64,000 bases of DNA from Planctomycetota bacterium (GCA_044230075.1 JBGARS010000005.1:52799-116798), one strand, 5' to 3'. Counted from the first letter of the stretch, positions 20,318 through 31,110 are shown. Program-made: numbers and translations. The notes: a model not told the origin generated them from the letters alone.

Positions 20318-21360
20318 GGGCGCACCTTCGCCTTGCCGCCCGACTGCGGCGTCGCGATCGCGTCGAGGTCGAGCGGCGCTTGCTTGCCCTCGCGCAGCAG
20401 CAGCGAGCCCAGGCTGGCGATCATCGCGCCGTTGTCGGCGCACAGCGCGAGATCGGGCAGCACCAGGTGCAGCGCGGCGAGCACGGGGTCCGTGGTCAGC
20501 CGTTCGCGCAGCCGCGCATTGCGCGCCACGCCGCCGCCGATGCACAGCGAACGCACCGCGTGCCGTTCGCTCGCGCGCCGCAGCTTGGTGACCAGCACGT
20601 CGACGACGGCCTCCTGGTAGGCGCAGGCGAGGTCGCGCAGGCGGTCGCCGGTCGGCGCCTCGGCGGGGGCCGTGCTGCCCTGCGGTCGCAGCGTGTAGAG
20701 CAGCGCGGTCTTCAGGCCGGAGAACGAGAAGTCGAGCGAGTCGGGGCCGAGCAGCGTGCGCGGCAGGTCGAACGCGCGCGCATCGCCGCCCAGCGCCGCC
20801 TGCTGGATCGACGGGCCGCCCGGATACGGCAGGCCCAGCAGCGACGCGCCCTTGTCGAGCGCCTCGCCGGCCGCGTCGTCGCGCGTGGTGCCGAGGCGTT
20901 CGGTGCGGCCGGGCGCGTGCACGAGGTAGAGCGCGGTATGGCCGCCCGATGCGACCAGCGCCAGCGCCGGCAGCGGCAGGTCGGGGTCGGCGAGGAAGCC
21001 GGTGTGCACGTGCGCCTGCACGTGGTCGACGCCGAGCAGCGGCAGGTCGAAGCGCCAGCACAGCGCCTTCGCCGCCGCGAGTCCGACCAGCAGGCAACCG
21101 ACCATGCCGGGCCGATGGGTCACCGCGACCGCGCTGAGGTCCTGCGGCGTCACGTTCGCCTGTTGCAGCGCCTGCTCGACGATCGGCAGGATGCGCTCGG
21201 TGTGCGAACGGCTGGCGACCTCGGGCACGACGCCGCGGAAGCGGGCATGCAGCGCGATCTGCGAGTGCACGACGTTGCTCAGCACATGGTGGCCATCGCG
21301 CACGACGGCCGCCGCCGTCTCGTCGCAGGAGGTCTCGATGCCCAGGATCAGGTCGTGCAC
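20314..21360 (-). CDS. tsaD: tRNA N6-adenosine threonylcarbamoyltransferase (348 aa)
   Basis: ILGIETSCDETAAAVV…VPEVASRSHTE…GVDHVQAHV… matches the Kae1/TsaD family over its full length. Confidence 0.93.
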   Translation of the reverse strand: MHDLILGIETSCDETAAAVVRDGHHVLSNVVHSQIALHARFRGVVPEVASRSHTERILPIVEQALQQANVTPQDLSAVAVTHRPGMVGCLLVGLAAAKALCWRFDLPLLGVDHVQAHVHTGFLADPDLPLPALALVASGGHTALYLVHAPGRTERLGTTRDDAAGEALDKGASLLGLPYPGGPSIQQAALGGDARAFDLPRTLLGPDSLDFSFSGLKTALLYTLRPQGSTAPAEAPTGDRLRDLACAYQEAVVDVLVTKLRRASERHAVRSLCIGGGVARNARLRERLTTDPVLAALHLVLPDLALCADNGAMIASLGSLLLREGKQAPLDLDAIATPQSGGKAKVRP

Positions 21361-21379
21361 GGGGCGAGCATGCTACCCG

Positions 21380-22852
21380 CTACCGCGGCTCGGGCACGGT
21401 CGCGGCCGCCGCGGCGATGCGTTCGCGCAGCGTCGCCAGGGCCTGCGCCAGCTGCGGGTCGGTGGCGGCATGCGGCGGCGCCGGCACGGGAAAGCCGTAC
21501 TTCGCGGCGACCGCGGTGAAGGCGGCCAGGTGCTTCGCCGGCGGCTCGTGGTTGCCCAGCGTGGCCAGCACCTTCTTGCGCTCGGCCGGGTCGACCACGA
21601 TCGGCACGTCGGGCTCGAGGCCGCCGACCTTCGCCGGTGGCGTCGAGGGGTGCTGCAGCGCAACGAGCGCGTCGTCGATACTGCACGCGCCGACCTGCAC
21701 CTGCTGCAGCAGTTCGCGCAGCCGCCGTGTGTCGTCGCCGACGCCGTGGTCCACCGCGGTGCCGAGGTGCCCGTCGACGTTGCGGCCGTTCGGCGTGAAG
21801 TAGCGCGCGGTCGTCAGCTTCAGGCGGAAGTCGAGGTCCGGCCAGCTGGAGACCGTGTTGACGTAGCCCTTGCCGTAGGTGCGCACGCCGACGAGCGCGG
21901 CGCGTTCGTGGTCCTGCAGCGCGCCGGCCAGCACCTCGCTGGCACTGGCCGAGTACTCGTTGACCAGCACGACCAGAGGCAGGTCGGGGAACCTGCACTG
22001 TTCGGGCTTCGCCTCGAACGCCTCGACGAGCTCGGTGCCGCGGCGGCGCAGCGACAGGATCGTGCCGCTGCGCACGAACAGGCGCGCCAGCGAGACGCTC
22101 TCGTCGAGGCTGCCGCCGCCGTCGAAGCGCACGTCGAGCACGAGGCCACGCAGCGGCTGGTGCGCCTGCAGTTCGGCGATCGCCGCGAGGATCTCGTCGG
22201 TGATGCCGCGGTGGAAATCGCTGAGGTAGAGGTAGCCGAGGCCGGCGTCGCGGTCCTCGAAGTGCACCCACTTGACGACGCTCTTCTCGACGTCGCTGCG
22301 CCGCATCGCCAGCTCGACGGTGCCCGACTCGCGTTCGAGGCGCAGCCGCACCTCGGTGCCGGCTTCACCGCGCACCAGCCGCGACGCGGCCGCGTCGCGC
22401 GTCGCGAGCGGCTCGTTCGCCAGCAGCGTGCCGTCGACGGCGACGATGCGGTCCCCGGGCAGCACGCCGGCGCGGTCGGCCGGACCGCCGGGGGTCGGGT
22501 ACTGCACGACGATGTCGTCGCCTTGCTGCATCATCAGCAGGCCGACCCCTTCGTAGTGGCCGGAGCTGCGTTCGTCGTAGGCCTGCACCTCGCTCGGCGG
22601 CACGTAGGCGCTGTAGGGGTCGAGGCCGTCGACCATCGCGGCGATGGCGCGGTCCAGCAGCTTGTGGCCGTCCTGTGGATCGACGTGCGAACGCAGGATC
22701 TCGGCGTGGATCAACTGCAGCGCCGTGGCCTGGGGTTCGGGCAGCCGGAGCTGGTTTCGACCGCCCAATGCCACGCCGAGAACGAAGGCCGCGACGACCA
22801 GCGCCCAGTTCGCCACCAGGAACCAGAGCGGCAGCCGCGGTTGCTGTTGCAT
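21380..22852 (-). CDS. S41 C-terminal processing peptidase with N-terminal TM, PDZ domain and extended C-terminus (490 aa)
   Basis: Met at 22852 precedes a TM segment (LWFLVANWALVVAAFVLGVAL). PDZ region (GGPADRAGVLPGDRIVAVDG). Catalytic region (LVLDVRFDGGGS…NEYSASASEVLAGALQD…GVRTYGKG). An atypical insert lies before GGLEPDVPI. Confidence 0.88.
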   Translation of the reverse strand: MQQQPRLPLWFLVANWALVVAAFVLGVALGGRNQLRLPEPQATALQLIHAEILRSHVDPQDGHKLLDRAIAAMVDGLDPYSAYVPPSEVQAYDERSSGHYEGVGLLMMQQGDDIVVQYPTPGGPADRAGVLPGDRIVAVDGTLLANEPLATRDAAASRLVRGEAGTEVRLRLERESGTVELAMRRSDVEKSVVKWVHFEDRDAGLGYLYLSDFHRGITDEILAAIAELQAHQPLRGLVLDVRFDGGGSLDESVSLARLFVRSGTILSLRRRGTELVEAFEAKPEQCRFPDLPLVVLVNEYSASASEVLAGALQDHERAALVGVRTYGKGYVNTVSSWPDLDFRLKLTTARYFTPNGRNVDGHLGTAVDHGVGDDTRRLRELLQQVQVGACSIDDALVALQHPSTPPAKVGGLEPDVPIVVDPAERKKVLATLGNHEPPAKHLAAFTAVAAKYGFPVPAPPHAATDPQLAQALATLRERIAAAAATVPEPR

Positions 22853-22876
22853 CGGCACATCGTATTGTCGCCACCG

Positions 22877-24714
<1,838 letters not shown>

Positions 24715-24718
<4 letters not shown>

Positions 24719-25980
24719 TCCGGTGGCGCACGACGCCGGCCGCGGGCCTGCTGCTGCTGTTCGCCTCGGGCTGCACGTCGGTGGCGCCCCCGCCGGGCAT
24801 CGACTCTGCGCTGGCCCGCTTCGTCGCCACCGCGCACGAACTCGGCGGCCGCATCGGTGTCGTCGTCGCCGAGGCCGGCAGTGGAGCGGTGTTGGCGAGC
24901 GTTGCTGCGGACGAGGGTTTCACACCGGCTTCGAACCAGAAGCTGCTGACTGCCGTCGTCGCGCTGCAGACGCTCGGGCCCGCAGCGACGCTGCGCACGG
25001 AGTTGCGTGGCACTGGCGAAGTGCACGACGGCGAACTGAGCGGCGACCTGATCCTGCGCGGCTTCGGCGATCCGACCCTCGGCCTGCCCGTTGGCGGCGA
25101 TCCGCGGCTGTCCGGACTGGCGGCTGCGGTGCGGTCGATGGGGGTGCAGCGCATCGCCGGCGAGGTGCGCGGCGACGGCAGCTGGTTCGGCGACGAACGC
25201 TTCGGCCGCGGCTGGGAGTGGGACGACCTCAACGAGCGCTACGCGGCGCCGTTCGGCGGCCTGTGTTGTGGCGGCAACGTCGAATGGGTGGTCTGCGCCG
25301 ACGGCTCGCGGCGCGAGGTGCCGGTGTCGGATCCGGCGGCGGTCGCCGCGGCGACGTTCGCGGAGGTGCTGCGCAGCAGCGGCGTGGCGGTCGCGGACGG
25401 CGATGTCGAGTCCGCCGACGGCGAGCGACTGGTCGTTGCGATGACATCACCGCCGCTGGCCGAACTGCTGCCGAGACTGCTCGGTGACAGCGACAACCTC
25501 TACGCCGAACAGCTCTGGCGCACCGCGGCGCGCACCGCGACCGGCGACGGCAGCAGTGCGAGCGCCGAAGCGCACGCCAAGGCCGTGCTGGCGCAGTTCG
25601 GCGTCGACACGAAGGGCATGGTGCTGGCCGACGGTTCGGGCCTGTCGCGGCTCGACCTCGTGCGACCAGCCCAGATGGTGGCGTTGCTGCTCGCGCTGCA
25701 CGGCTCGCCGCTGCTGCCACCGGTCATCGCCGCCCTGCCGCAAGGTGGCGCCAATGGCACGCTGCGCGAGCGCTTCACCGACGGCCCGGCATGCGGTCGC
25801 GTGTTCGCCAAGACCGGCACGCTGACGCGCGTCACGGCACTGTCGGGCTACCTGCTGCGGCCGAACGGCGAGCCGCTGGTGTTCTCCGTGCTGTGGAACG
25901 ACTTCCTCTGCGACGACGCCACCGCGCAGCGCGCCGTCGACGCGTTCGTGCAGGAGCTCGCGAGCTGGGCCGGCTGGTAG
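24715..25980 (+). CDS. dacB: D-alanyl-D-alanine carboxypeptidase/endopeptidase, PBP4 (S13) family lipoprotein (421 aa)
   Basis: The TTG start overlaps the upstream stop (TTGA). Lipobox LLLLFASGC. Motifs SxxK (ASNQK), SxN (SDN) and KTG (AKTGTL). Confidence 0.85.
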
Positions 25981-25990
25981 CGCGCGCGAC

Positions 25991-26082
25991 GCGCAGTCTC
26001 GTTCAGAACCGACCCAGTGCTCCGCAGAAGCACTGGGAGCGTCCTGGGCGAGCCTGCGCCGCAGGCGCAGTCTCGTTCAGAA
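25991..26082. repeat. 18-bp perfect direct repeat GCGCAGTCTCGTTCAGAA (25991-26008 and 26065-26082)
   Basis: Read directly from the sequence. The second copy contains the last Phe codon and the stop of the OMP gene on the minus strand. Confidence 0.9.
26013..26037. terminator. Bidirectional terminator-like hairpin between convergent dacB and the OMP gene
   Basis: CCCAGTGCT (26013-26021) pairs perfectly with AGCACTGGG (26029-26037) across a 7-nt loop. A second hairpin is CTGCGCC-GCA-GGCGCAG at 26054-26070. Neither has a U-tract. Confidence 0.5.
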
Positions 26083-26892
26083 GGTCAGCACAAGCCCGAA
26101 CTGGAAGCCGTCGAGTTTCAGGTCGGCGTCGTAGCCGAAACCGTCCGCGCTGCCCTTCGCCGGGAACTCGCTGTAGCGGTAGCCGCCGAAGAAGGTCACG
26201 TCGCGCATCGGGATCCGGTAGCTGAGCCGCGCCTCGAAGTCCTGCTGCGTGCCGCCGTAGTCGCCGCCGAGTGCCAGGTCCGGCGAGATCGCGTAGTCGA
26301 GGTCGAGAGCGACATCGTGCCAGCTCACCTCAGCGCGCACGGCCGGGCAGACGACGTCGCCGTCGACGCTGGCGTTCTGCGTGCGCAGGGTGTCGTCGGT
26401 GCGGACGCGCAGCTTCATCGACCGGTGGGCCAGCACACCGCCGGCGGCGAAACGGAACTTCAGCGGCTGCTCGCGGTACTCGGTCTCGAGGTCGAACAGC
26501 GGTTCGAGGTAGCCCAGGCGCAGGTCGTCCATCTTCGCCTGCAGGGTGACGACGTCGGTGGCGAACAGGCGGCCGAAGTCCGCGGTCAGCGCACCCGGGT
26601 GCGCGCTGCCCATGTCCATCATGTAGTAGTCGAGACGGAAGCCGCCGAACCCGTCGCCGATGTCGACGCGCACGCCGATGTCTTCGTGGTGGTGGTCCTG
26701 GCCGAGCGTACGCGCCGTCTGCGGCGCGTTGTTCTGCAGCGGGCCATTCGCCGCCGGCTGCGACTGCATGCCGAGGCTGCCGCGCAGCTGGTAGACGGCG
26801 AGGTACGGCGACACGAGGACTTGCGGCTCCGCCATCGTCAGTGAGGTGCAGGAGCCCAGGCACAGGAGGCCGATGGTGGCAGCGGTGCGCAT
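26077..26892 (-). CDS. Outer-membrane beta-barrel protein (271 aa)
   Basis: Met at 26892 gives the signal peptide MRTAATIGLLCLGSCTSLTMA. The body shows an alternating beta-strand pattern, and the C-terminus (…FGLVLTF) ends in Phe as in typical OMPs. Confidence 0.7.
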   Translation of the reverse strand: MRTAATIGLLCLGSCTSLTMAEPQVLVSPYLAVYQLRGSLGMQSQPAANGPLQNNAPQTARTLGQDHHHEDIGVRVDIGDGFGGFRLDYYMMDMGSAHPGALTADFGRLFATDVVTLQAKMDDLRLGYLEPLFDLETEYREQPLKFRFAAGGVLAHRSMKLRVRTDDTLRTQNASVDGDVVCPAVRAEVSWHDVALDLDYAISPDLALGGDYGGTQQDFEARLSYRIPMRDVTFFGGYRYSEFPAKGSADGFGYDADLKLDGFQFGLVLTF

Positions 26893-26914
26893 GCGCGGAA
26901 GGCTAGCCGGGAGC

Positions 26915-27655
26915 ATGGCGCGCGGCCTGCTGTTTCGTAGGCTCTCGCGGATGACCGGCGAGTTCCTCGAGCGCGACTTCAAGGCCTACGAAAAGCACCG
27001 TCAGGACGACCCTGAGTACAACGCGCTGCGGCTGAGTGTTCGCCGCAAGCTGAAGTCGATGGTCGACGCGGTGGTCAAGGAGGCCAAGCCGCTCGGTACC
27101 GAGCTGTCGGCGCAGGCGGGGCTGCACCATCCCTACACCTTCAACAGCTACCGCGTGCGGGAGCAGCGCGCGTATGCGTGCCGTGGCGCGAAGGAACGGA
27201 AGCAGCTGGCGGCGTTCTTCGGCGACGCGCTCGGCAAGGATGCCGAGACGCACTACATCCAGACCGTGCTGGAGGTCTGCATGGACGACCAGCTGGTCGA
27301 GGCCGCGCTGCGCATCCACCCGCAGGCGTGGTGGGACGGCGAGAACCTGAAGAAGAAGCTGCTCGCGGACCCGGCGCAGATGGACCAGTTCTGCGTGCTG
27401 CTGAAGGCGCTACCGGGTGGCTTCAACGTCAAACTGCACGACTGGAAGAAGGACCACTGGTGCAGTGCGGTGAAGGCCAGCGAGCTGAAGGAGATGTTCC
27501 AGCACTACACGCCCGGCGAGCACTGGCTGCACGTGCAGCGGCAGCTGCCGAAGGAGGATGCGCTGGAGATGGGGGTGGCGGCGGAGGTGTGGGTGCGCAC
27601 GTCGCTGCTGGCGCTGTTGCCGGTGTACCGGTTCATCCTGTGGGATCCGAGCTGA
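26915..27655 (+). CDS. Hypothetical cytoplasmic protein (about 235-246 aa; start 26915 or 26951)
   Basis: High GC3 throughout. I cannot confidently recognise a family (remotely DUF2461-like in layout). Its 3' end is duplicated downstream at 28331-28414. Confidence 0.65.
   Translation: MARGLLFRRLSRMTGEFLERDFKAYEKHRQDDPEYNALRLSVRRKLKSMVDAVVKEAKPLGTELSAQAGLHHPYTFNSYRVREQRAYACRGAKERKQLAAFFGDALGKDAETHYIQTVLEVCMDDQLVEAALRIHPQAWWDGENLKKKLLADPAQMDQFCVLLKALPGGFNVKLHDWKKDHWCSAVKASELKEMFQHYTPGEHWLHVQRQLPKEDALEMGVAAEVWVRTSLLALLPVYRFILWDPS
27575..27655 (+). repeat. Copy A of the duplicated gene 3' end (…AAEVWVRTSLLALLPVYRFILWDPS*)
   Basis: About 80% nt identity by eye to 28331-28414. Most substitutions are synonymous or conservative. 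Confidence 0.8.
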
Positions 27656-27668
27656 GCGCCGCCGGAGA

Positions 27669-27962
27669 TCAGGGGCGACGACCGAGCCGATGGCTCGGAT
27701 CGCGGCTGCCGTGCAGCACGGCGAGCACGAGCACCTGCTCCTGATCCGCGCGATAGAAGGTGCAGTAGGGGAAGCGCGGTAGCAGCGCGCGCCGCCAGGG
27801 TGCGTGGGCGACGCGGAACCGCAGCGGGTGTTCGAGGATCTGCTCCAGCGCCACGTCGACCGCAGCCACGAACGTCTCTCCAAGTCCCGCCTGCCGAGCC
27901 TCGTACCAGTCGGCGGCCTCCGCGATGTCCGCGGCGGCCGCGTCGGTGACGACGAGCCTCAC
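27669..27962 (-). CDS. parE: ParE/RelE-superfamily toxin (97 aa)
   Basis: The GTG at 27962 overlaps the antitoxin stop (GTGA). …AAADIAEAADWYEARQAGLGETFVAAVDVALEQILEHPLRFRV…RRALLPRFPYCTFYRADQEQVLVLAVLHGSRDP matches the plasmid-stabilisation ParE pattern. Confidence 0.85.
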   Translation of the reverse strand: MRLVVTDAAAADIAEAADWYEARQAGLGETFVAAVDVALEQILEHPLRFRVAHAPWRRALLPRFPYCTFYRADQEQVLVLAVLHGSRDPSHRLGRRP

Positions 27963-28198
27963 GGGTGCGGACGCAGTCGGCCGCGGATCTCCTCCCGCAC
28001 TTCCTGCCACGAACGCGTTCGCATGTCGCCGGCGTCGTAGGCCGCCTGACGGCGGTCTAGTTCGGCGCGCTGCGCGGCCGTGACCGGCAGGGACTGCGGA
28101 TCCTGCTGGAAGCTCTCCCAGACCTGGTCGAGCAGCTGCAGGCGTTCCGCGTCGGTCAGCGTAGAGAGGTCGAGCTTCGGCAAGGCCATGTCGTGCAT
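27959..28198 (-). CDS. Antitoxin, 'addiction module component' type (79 aa)
   Basis: GGAGGA lies 5 nt upstream of ATG 28198. MHDMALPKLDLSTLTDAERLQLLDQVWESF…AELDRRQAAYDAG…SWQEVREEI is typical of the short antitoxins paired with ParE-like toxins. Confidence 0.8.
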   Translation of the reverse strand: MHDMALPKLDLSTLTDAERLQLLDQVWESFQQDPQSLPVTAAQRAELDRRQAAYDAGDMRTRSWQEVREEIRGRLRPHP

Positions 28199-28289
28199 TC
28201 TGTCCTCCTGCAGGAAGTGCGCAACCGGGGGGAGAGGCGCGAAGAGAAAGAGCCGCGCCGGACGATCGGGTGCATGGTGTGCGGGTCCG

Positions 28290-28414
28290 GCGCCGCAGAC
28301 ACCGGAGGAGCACGCGATCGGGTGGAGGCAGTGGCGGAGGTGTGGGTCAGGACCTCGCTGCTCGCGCTGCTGCCGATCTACAAGTTCACGCTGTGGGAGC
28401 CCGACGGCGCGTAA
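28290..28414 (+). pseudogene. Decayed second copy of the 3' end of gene 26915..27655
   Basis: …AVAEVWVRTSLLALLPIYKFTLWEPDGA* at 28331-28414. Upstream similarity (PEEHAIG versus PKEDALEMG) lies in a different frame because of a 1-nt length difference. There is no start or N-terminal body. Confidence 0.65.
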
Positions 28415-28431
28415 GCTGCGCAGGCGAGGCA

Positions 28432-31083
28432 TCAACGCCGCAACGTCCTGGCTGCGCGCAGCCCAAGGCTGCCGCTGCGGAACGCGGAGGGGATGCCGTT
28501 GCGGACGGCGGACTGCGCGTTGTGGGGTGCGAAAACGAAGTTGCCACCTCGGGGGCAGCGGTTGACGGGACCTCCAGAGGGCTCTGGTCGTCGGCCGTCG
28601 CCGACGCGCTCCGCCCCATAGCTCGAGAATTCGTCGAAGCACCACTCCCAGACGTTGCCGCCTGTGTCGAACAGTGCGAAGCCATTGTAGCTCTTCGAGC
28701 CGACAGGTCGCAGAGACCGACTGCCGACGTTCTCCTTGGCCTCGACGCCTTCCTCGTCGCTACCCGTCCACCACTTCGTCGTCGTACCCGCGCGGATGCC
28801 ATACTCCCACTGCAACTCGCTCGGTAGCACGAGCCCATGCGCGTGCAGCACCGGGTCGATGTCGACCCAACTCACCTGCTCGACCGGCAGCGCGAGGTTG
28901 TTCTCTGTCTTGCTGTGGCTCGGGTTCGTGGCCGTCCATCGGAGCCATTGGCCCTGCGTCACCTCGTACTTGCCGAGGAAGAACGGGTCGAGCCGCACGG
29001 TGAGTCGCTTCTTCGCACCCTCGTCGTCCGTGGGCGTGTCCGGGGGCAACGTGCCACCGGGCAACAACACGAACACGATCCCCGTCTCGCCCGTGATCGT
29101 GAGTCGGCCGTCCACGCCGTGTAACGGGATCGGCAGCGTCGCCGGATCCTGCACGCCATCCCAGGCGCTGCGCAGGTCGTAGAACTCCCACAGCTTCGAC
29201 TGCGCGTTCATGCCGATCGGCACGAGGCCCCAGACGTCCTCGTCGCGCAGCGGGATGTCCTGGCCGGCGTAGAGCGTGCTCGCGACGACGCCATCCGCCT
29301 TCGCGATCGCCGCGCGCGCTTCGGCCCAGGTGTGCTTCGCGTTCGGATGCGCGAGGGTCAGGGGGCCAATGTGCCGGGCCCACTGCTGGCGCTTCTCCAC
29401 CTCGGGCAGCAGCCCCTCGAGTTGCGGCAGCTTGCGCAGCAGTTCGCCCAGCGACTTCGCCAGGAACTGCGCCGCGGTCGCCGCGGCAGGATCCGCAGGC
29501 AACAGTTGCCGCGCAGCCGTCATGGTGAGGTCGACGCGTTGTGCGAGCAGGGACCGCGCGTCGCGCAACCACGCGTCGATCGCTTCGACCTGCCCGGGCC
29601 AGCCCGGCGACAGGGTCGGTTCTGCAGCGATCAGCCGCTCGTACGTGACGACCTGGGCAAGTTGGTCGAAGTCCTTCACCTTGCCGGTGAGTTCCGTCCT
29701 GGCGGTTGTCTCAGCGATGGCCCGTTGGTCGGCTTCGCGCGCGTAGGCCGTCGTGCCAGCGATGCCGAGGACCAGGATCAACGCCGCGGCGGCGAGGCTC
29801 GCGGCGAGCGCCTTGTTGCGGCGCATCCACAACTTCATCTCGACGAGCGCGCCGGTGCGGTAGGCCCTGACGACCCGCTGGGCGAGGAACGCGCGCACAT
29901 CGGCGGCCAGCGCCAGCACGTTCGGGTAGCGCGCGTTGCGGTCGCGGGCCATCGCACGTTCGACGATGGCCACCAGTTCGGCAGGCACGCCCTTGTGCAC
30001 GTCCTCGATGCGCTTGCACGGCCCGTCGACGACATCGTTGAGGATGCGATACGCGGGCTGTCGCACGCCGGCCGTCGTGTACGGCGCGCGCCCGGTGAGC
30101 AACTCGTAGAGTATCGCGCCGATCGCGTAGACGTCAGTTCGCTGGTCCAGCTCTTCACTGCGCGCCTGCTCGGGCGACATGTAGCTCGGCGTGCCGAGCT
30201 GCTGGCCGTCCATCGACACCACCGACGACGCGGTGTCCGTCTCGCCGTCGCGCTTGCGCGCCGACTCGATCTTCGACATGCCCGTACTCGCGTCCTGCTG
30301 GATGCGCAGGTCGTGACGGTCCGCTTGCCCGATCACCTTCGCCAGCCCCCAGTCCATCACGTAGACCTCGCCGAACTTGCCGACCATGACGTTCCTCGGC
30401 TTCAGGTCGCGGTGCAGCACACCCTTGTCGTGCGCGTAGGCCATCGTGTCGCAGACCTTCAGCACCACCTCGAGCGCGCGCGTCAGGGGCCAGTCGTGCT
30501 CGCCGACGAACGCATCCGCGAACACCTCGCTCGCGGTGCGCCCCTTCACCAGTCGCATCGTGAAGTACACCTTGCCCGCCGCATCGAGCCCCAGTTCGTG
30601 CACCGGCACCACACCCGGGTGGTCGAGCTGGCTCGTCACCTGCGCTTCTTCGAGGAAGCGCCCGAGCAGCTGACGCACGAGCTGCCGCTCCTCCTCGTCG
30701 CGTGGCGCGGCGCGTTCGATCAGCACCTTCATCGCCAGTCGCCGGTTCAGGAACCGGTCGTGGATCTTCAGCACGACACCCATGCCACCCTGCCCGACCT
30801 CACCCTCGAGCACGAACCGCTGCGCATCGAGCTTCGGCGCCGTCGCCAGCTTCGCCAGCAGCTCGCTGGTCGCCGTCGACTGCACCTTGTCGTTGGGCGT
30901 GGGCGTTGGCGTTGGCGAGGGGGTGTCGATGGCTTCCTCCGGATCGGCGAAGTCGGGAGTCTGCCGGGTCCACGGCCCGGTTGCCATGCACGCGAGTGCC
31001 TGGCGGACGGTTGGCGACATCGGCATCCGGGCTGCGGCGTCGGGCGGGGTCCTCGTCCCATGGGCCGCGAGCCGATTCCGCAC
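28432..31083 (-). CDS. Membrane Ser/Thr protein kinase with extracytoplasmic FGE-sulfatase (SUMF1-like) domain (883 aa)
   Basis: Hanks kinase motifs (GQGGMGVV, AMK, HRDLKPRNVMV, DWGLAK, SPEQ). One TM segment (ALAASLAAAALILVLGIAGTTAYA). C-terminal FGE-like domain (FLGKYEVTQGQW…GNVWEWC…RGGNF…). Confidence 0.88.
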   Translation of the reverse strand: MRNRLAAHGTRTPPDAAARMPMSPTVRQALACMATGPWTRQTPDFADPEEAIDTPSPTPTPTPNDKVQSTATSELLAKLATAPKLDAQRFVLEGEVGQGGMGVVLKIHDRFLNRRLAMKVLIERAAPRDEEERQLVRQLLGRFLEEAQVTSQLDHPGVVPVHELGLDAAGKVYFTMRLVKGRTASEVFADAFVGEHDWPLTRALEVVLKVCDTMAYAHDKGVLHRDLKPRNVMVGKFGEVYVMDWGLAKVIGQADRHDLRIQQDASTGMSKIESARKRDGETDTASSVVSMDGQQLGTPSYMSPEQARSEELDQRTDVYAIGAILYELLTGRAPYTTAGVRQPAYRILNDVVDGPCKRIEDVHKGVPAELVAIVERAMARDRNARYPNVLALAADVRAFLAQRVVRAYRTGALVEMKLWMRRNKALAASLAAAALILVLGIAGTTAYAREADQRAIAETTARTELTGKVKDFDQLAQVVTYERLIAAEPTLSPGWPGQVEAIDAWLRDARSLLAQRVDLTMTAARQLLPADPAAATAAQFLAKSLGELLRKLPQLEGLLPEVEKRQQWARHIGPLTLAHPNAKHTWAEARAAIAKADGVVASTLYAGQDIPLRDEDVWGLVPIGMNAQSKLWEFYDLRSAWDGVQDPATLPIPLHGVDGRLTITGETGIVFVLLPGGTLPPDTPTDDEGAKKRLTVRLDPFFLGKYEVTQGQWLRWTATNPSHSKTENNLALPVEQVSWVDIDPVLHAHGLVLPSELQWEYGIRAGTTTKWWTGSDEEGVEAKENVGSRSLRPVGSKSYNGFALFDTGGNVWEWCFDEFSSYGAERVGDGRRPEPSGGPVNRCPRGGNFVFAPHNAQSAVRNGIPSAFRSGSLGLRAARTLRR

Positions 31084-31110
31084 CCGGGTGGGTGCGAGGG
31101 TCTGCCGCGG

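Noticed and set aside
21002-22876. N-terminal 625 codons of the 1238-aa ORF 21002..24718
   Set aside because: This part is antisense to tsaD and the S41 peptidase and has no motifs. The sigma54 activator begins at the receiver domain (ATG 22877).
28193-28414. 73-aa plus-strand ORF as a real gene
   Set aside because: Only its last ~28 codons resemble anything (the 3' end of gene 26915-27655). The rest overlaps the antitoxin start and promoter region. I interpret it as a remnant, not a functional CDS.
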